Source: Mycobacterium phage HermioneGrange
Sequence record: MK820638.1
Length of the DNA stretch: 32,000 bases
Strand: one strand, 5' to 3'
Notes under the pieces: model-generated
Seen by the model: only the letters and a program-made list of their open reading frames with translations
Told to the model about the DNA's origin: nothing
The model's database searches: none
Shown here: one piece after another, positions 31,055 to 32,000 of the stretch
How positions within the stretch are numbered: position 1 is the stretch's first letter
Layout of the letters: the number at the start of each line of letters is the position of its first letter
Made by a program: the position numbers and the translations under genes

Positions 31055-31855
31055 TCAGGCCATAGAGTATTCACAGCTCAACGCCACGTCGCACCTCGCG
31101 CAGCTAGCGCCAGGCTTAGGCGTGAAGTCCCCCGCTTCCAGCTTCCGCTCCATCTCGTGGAACCGGGCCGAGATCCTCTCCCGCGTCCAGTCCGTCAGGT
31201 CGTACGGATACGTCGGCTTACCGGTCTTCGCCATGAAGTACACGCCGCGCGTGATCTCGGCGCCGTACAGCTGTTTCAACGCCAGCGCGTACACCGCGAG
31301 CTGAAAGTCATCCCCGGGCTTGAGCCCGGTCTTCCAGTCGACCACCAGCACCTCACCGTCGAGCACGAGCACCGCGTCGATGTAGCCCCGGATCTCTATC
31401 CCATCGAGCTCGAACTCGATCGCGAGCTCTATCCCCGGGGCACCGTCCGGTGTGTGCCACACCTCTAGGCTCTGGTGGTTGTCGATCCAGTCCAGGGTCT
31501 TGTCCACCTGTTCGAGTCCGATACCCCAGCGACGTTCGATGTCGTCCGCGCCGCGGTACGGCCCGGAGGCGAACCACCAGCCGAGGTTCGGGGTCTCCTC
31601 GGTAGCTTCGTTGATCCCGTCGGCGTACTCGGCCTTGAAGATCTCATAGCACTCTTCGCGCGTCAGCGGTGAGCCGGCGAGCTTCGAGAGCATGTATTTC
31701 TCAGCCACCGCGTGGACCCCGGTACCCTGCTGAAGCCAGGCCGCTGGGCGTCTCCACACGCGCTCATGCCTGGCCAATTTCCAGCTGAACGGGCATTTGT
31801 CGAACTGCGACAGCTGCGAGACAGACCGGGGCTTCTTCTCGTAGCGGTACTCCAC
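31055..31855 (-). CDS. Cas4/RecB-family exonuclease
   Basis: 266 aa; SVSQLSQFDKCPFSWKL, GYIDAVLVLDGEVLVVDWKTGLKPGDDFQLAVYALAL, C-terminal CARCDVALSC. Confidence 0.9.
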   Translation of the reverse strand: MEYRYEKKPRSVSQLSQFDKCPFSWKLARHERVWRRPAAWLQQGTGVHAVAEKYMLSKLAGSPLTREECYEIFKAEYADGINEATEETPNLGWWFASGPYRGADDIERRWGIGLEQVDKTLDWIDNHQSLEVWHTPDGAPGIELAIEFELDGIEIRGYIDAVLVLDGEVLVVDWKTGLKPGDDFQLAVYALALKQLYGAEITRGVYFMAKTGKPTYPYDLTDWTRERISARFHEMERKLEAGDFTPKPGASCARCDVALSCEYSMA

Positions 31856-32000
31856 TACTCACCCTCGGGGTCGGACACCTCGCCGGCGGCGTGTGTCCAA
31901 AAGTTCCCGGCCCAGGCACGCTCCAGAACACCGTTCGGCAGGTCGTCGAGGACGTACGACGAGTTCTCCTCGGAGATGAGAGAGCCTTCAGCCTCGAACT
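31855..32000 (-). CDS. C-terminal fragment of an unidentified ORF (starts outside window)
   Basis: Open frame ...FEAEGSLISEENSSYVLDDLPNGVLERAWAGNFWTHAAGEVSDPEGE, TAGTG overlap with the nuclease start. Confidence 0.6.
   Translation of the reverse strand, partial: FEAEGSLISEENSSYVLDDLPNGVLERAWAGNFWTHAAGEVSDPEGE

Noticed and set aside
31055-31855. Cas4-like gene considered as part of a CRISPR adaptation system
   Set aside because: No cas1/cas2 or repeats nearby; RecB/Cas4-like exonucleases are common replication/recombination genes in these phages.
1-32000. tRNA, rRNA, transposon or retron/DGR elements
   Set aside because: I saw no tRNA cloverleaf, IS-type transposase, reverse transcriptase or VR/TR-like repeat pair. 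A tRNAscan and repeat scan would be needed to exclude them fully.

Overview
The window is an internal segment of a temperate siphovirus genome that closely resembles mycobacteriophage Bxb1 (subcluster A1-like). This assignment rests on sequence recognised from memory, not a database search. The left arm (1-17649) is entirely + strand: head-tail connectors, tail terminator, major tail subunit, a -1 frameshifted tail assembly chaperone pair, tape measure, minor tail proteins (one with a fibronectin III plus beta-lactamase/D-Ala-D-Ala carboxypeptidase-like domain, one Gly-rich), a small secreted protein, a Bxb1-type attP and a Bxb1-type serine integrase. The right arm (17771-32000) is entirely - strand: a Mom-like DNA modification protein, DNA polymerase I, a sigma-like protein, the phosphoesterase-family recombination directionality factor (Bxb1 gp47-like), a split primase, a DNA methyltransferase, an HNH endonuclease, a NrdH-like redoxin, a DnaB/RecA-like ATPase, a Cas4/RecB-like nuclease and many small ORFs. 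Fourteen copies of a 13-bp asymmetric site, GTTACNNNTCAAG (consensus GTTACGWDTCAAG), match the Bxb1 stoperator. All have the same orientation relative to transcription. I did not find a clearly new multi-gene system. The observations most worth following up are: a promoter-like TTGACA-N17-TAAAGT built on an inverted stoperator pair, followed by a 12-bp leader hairpin and a secreted-protein gene next to attP; a probable ATT start codon at 14176; TTG start codons lying inside stoperators; a sigma-like protein that appears to lack its region 4 helix-turn-helix; and a series of very small membrane peptides in the early region.
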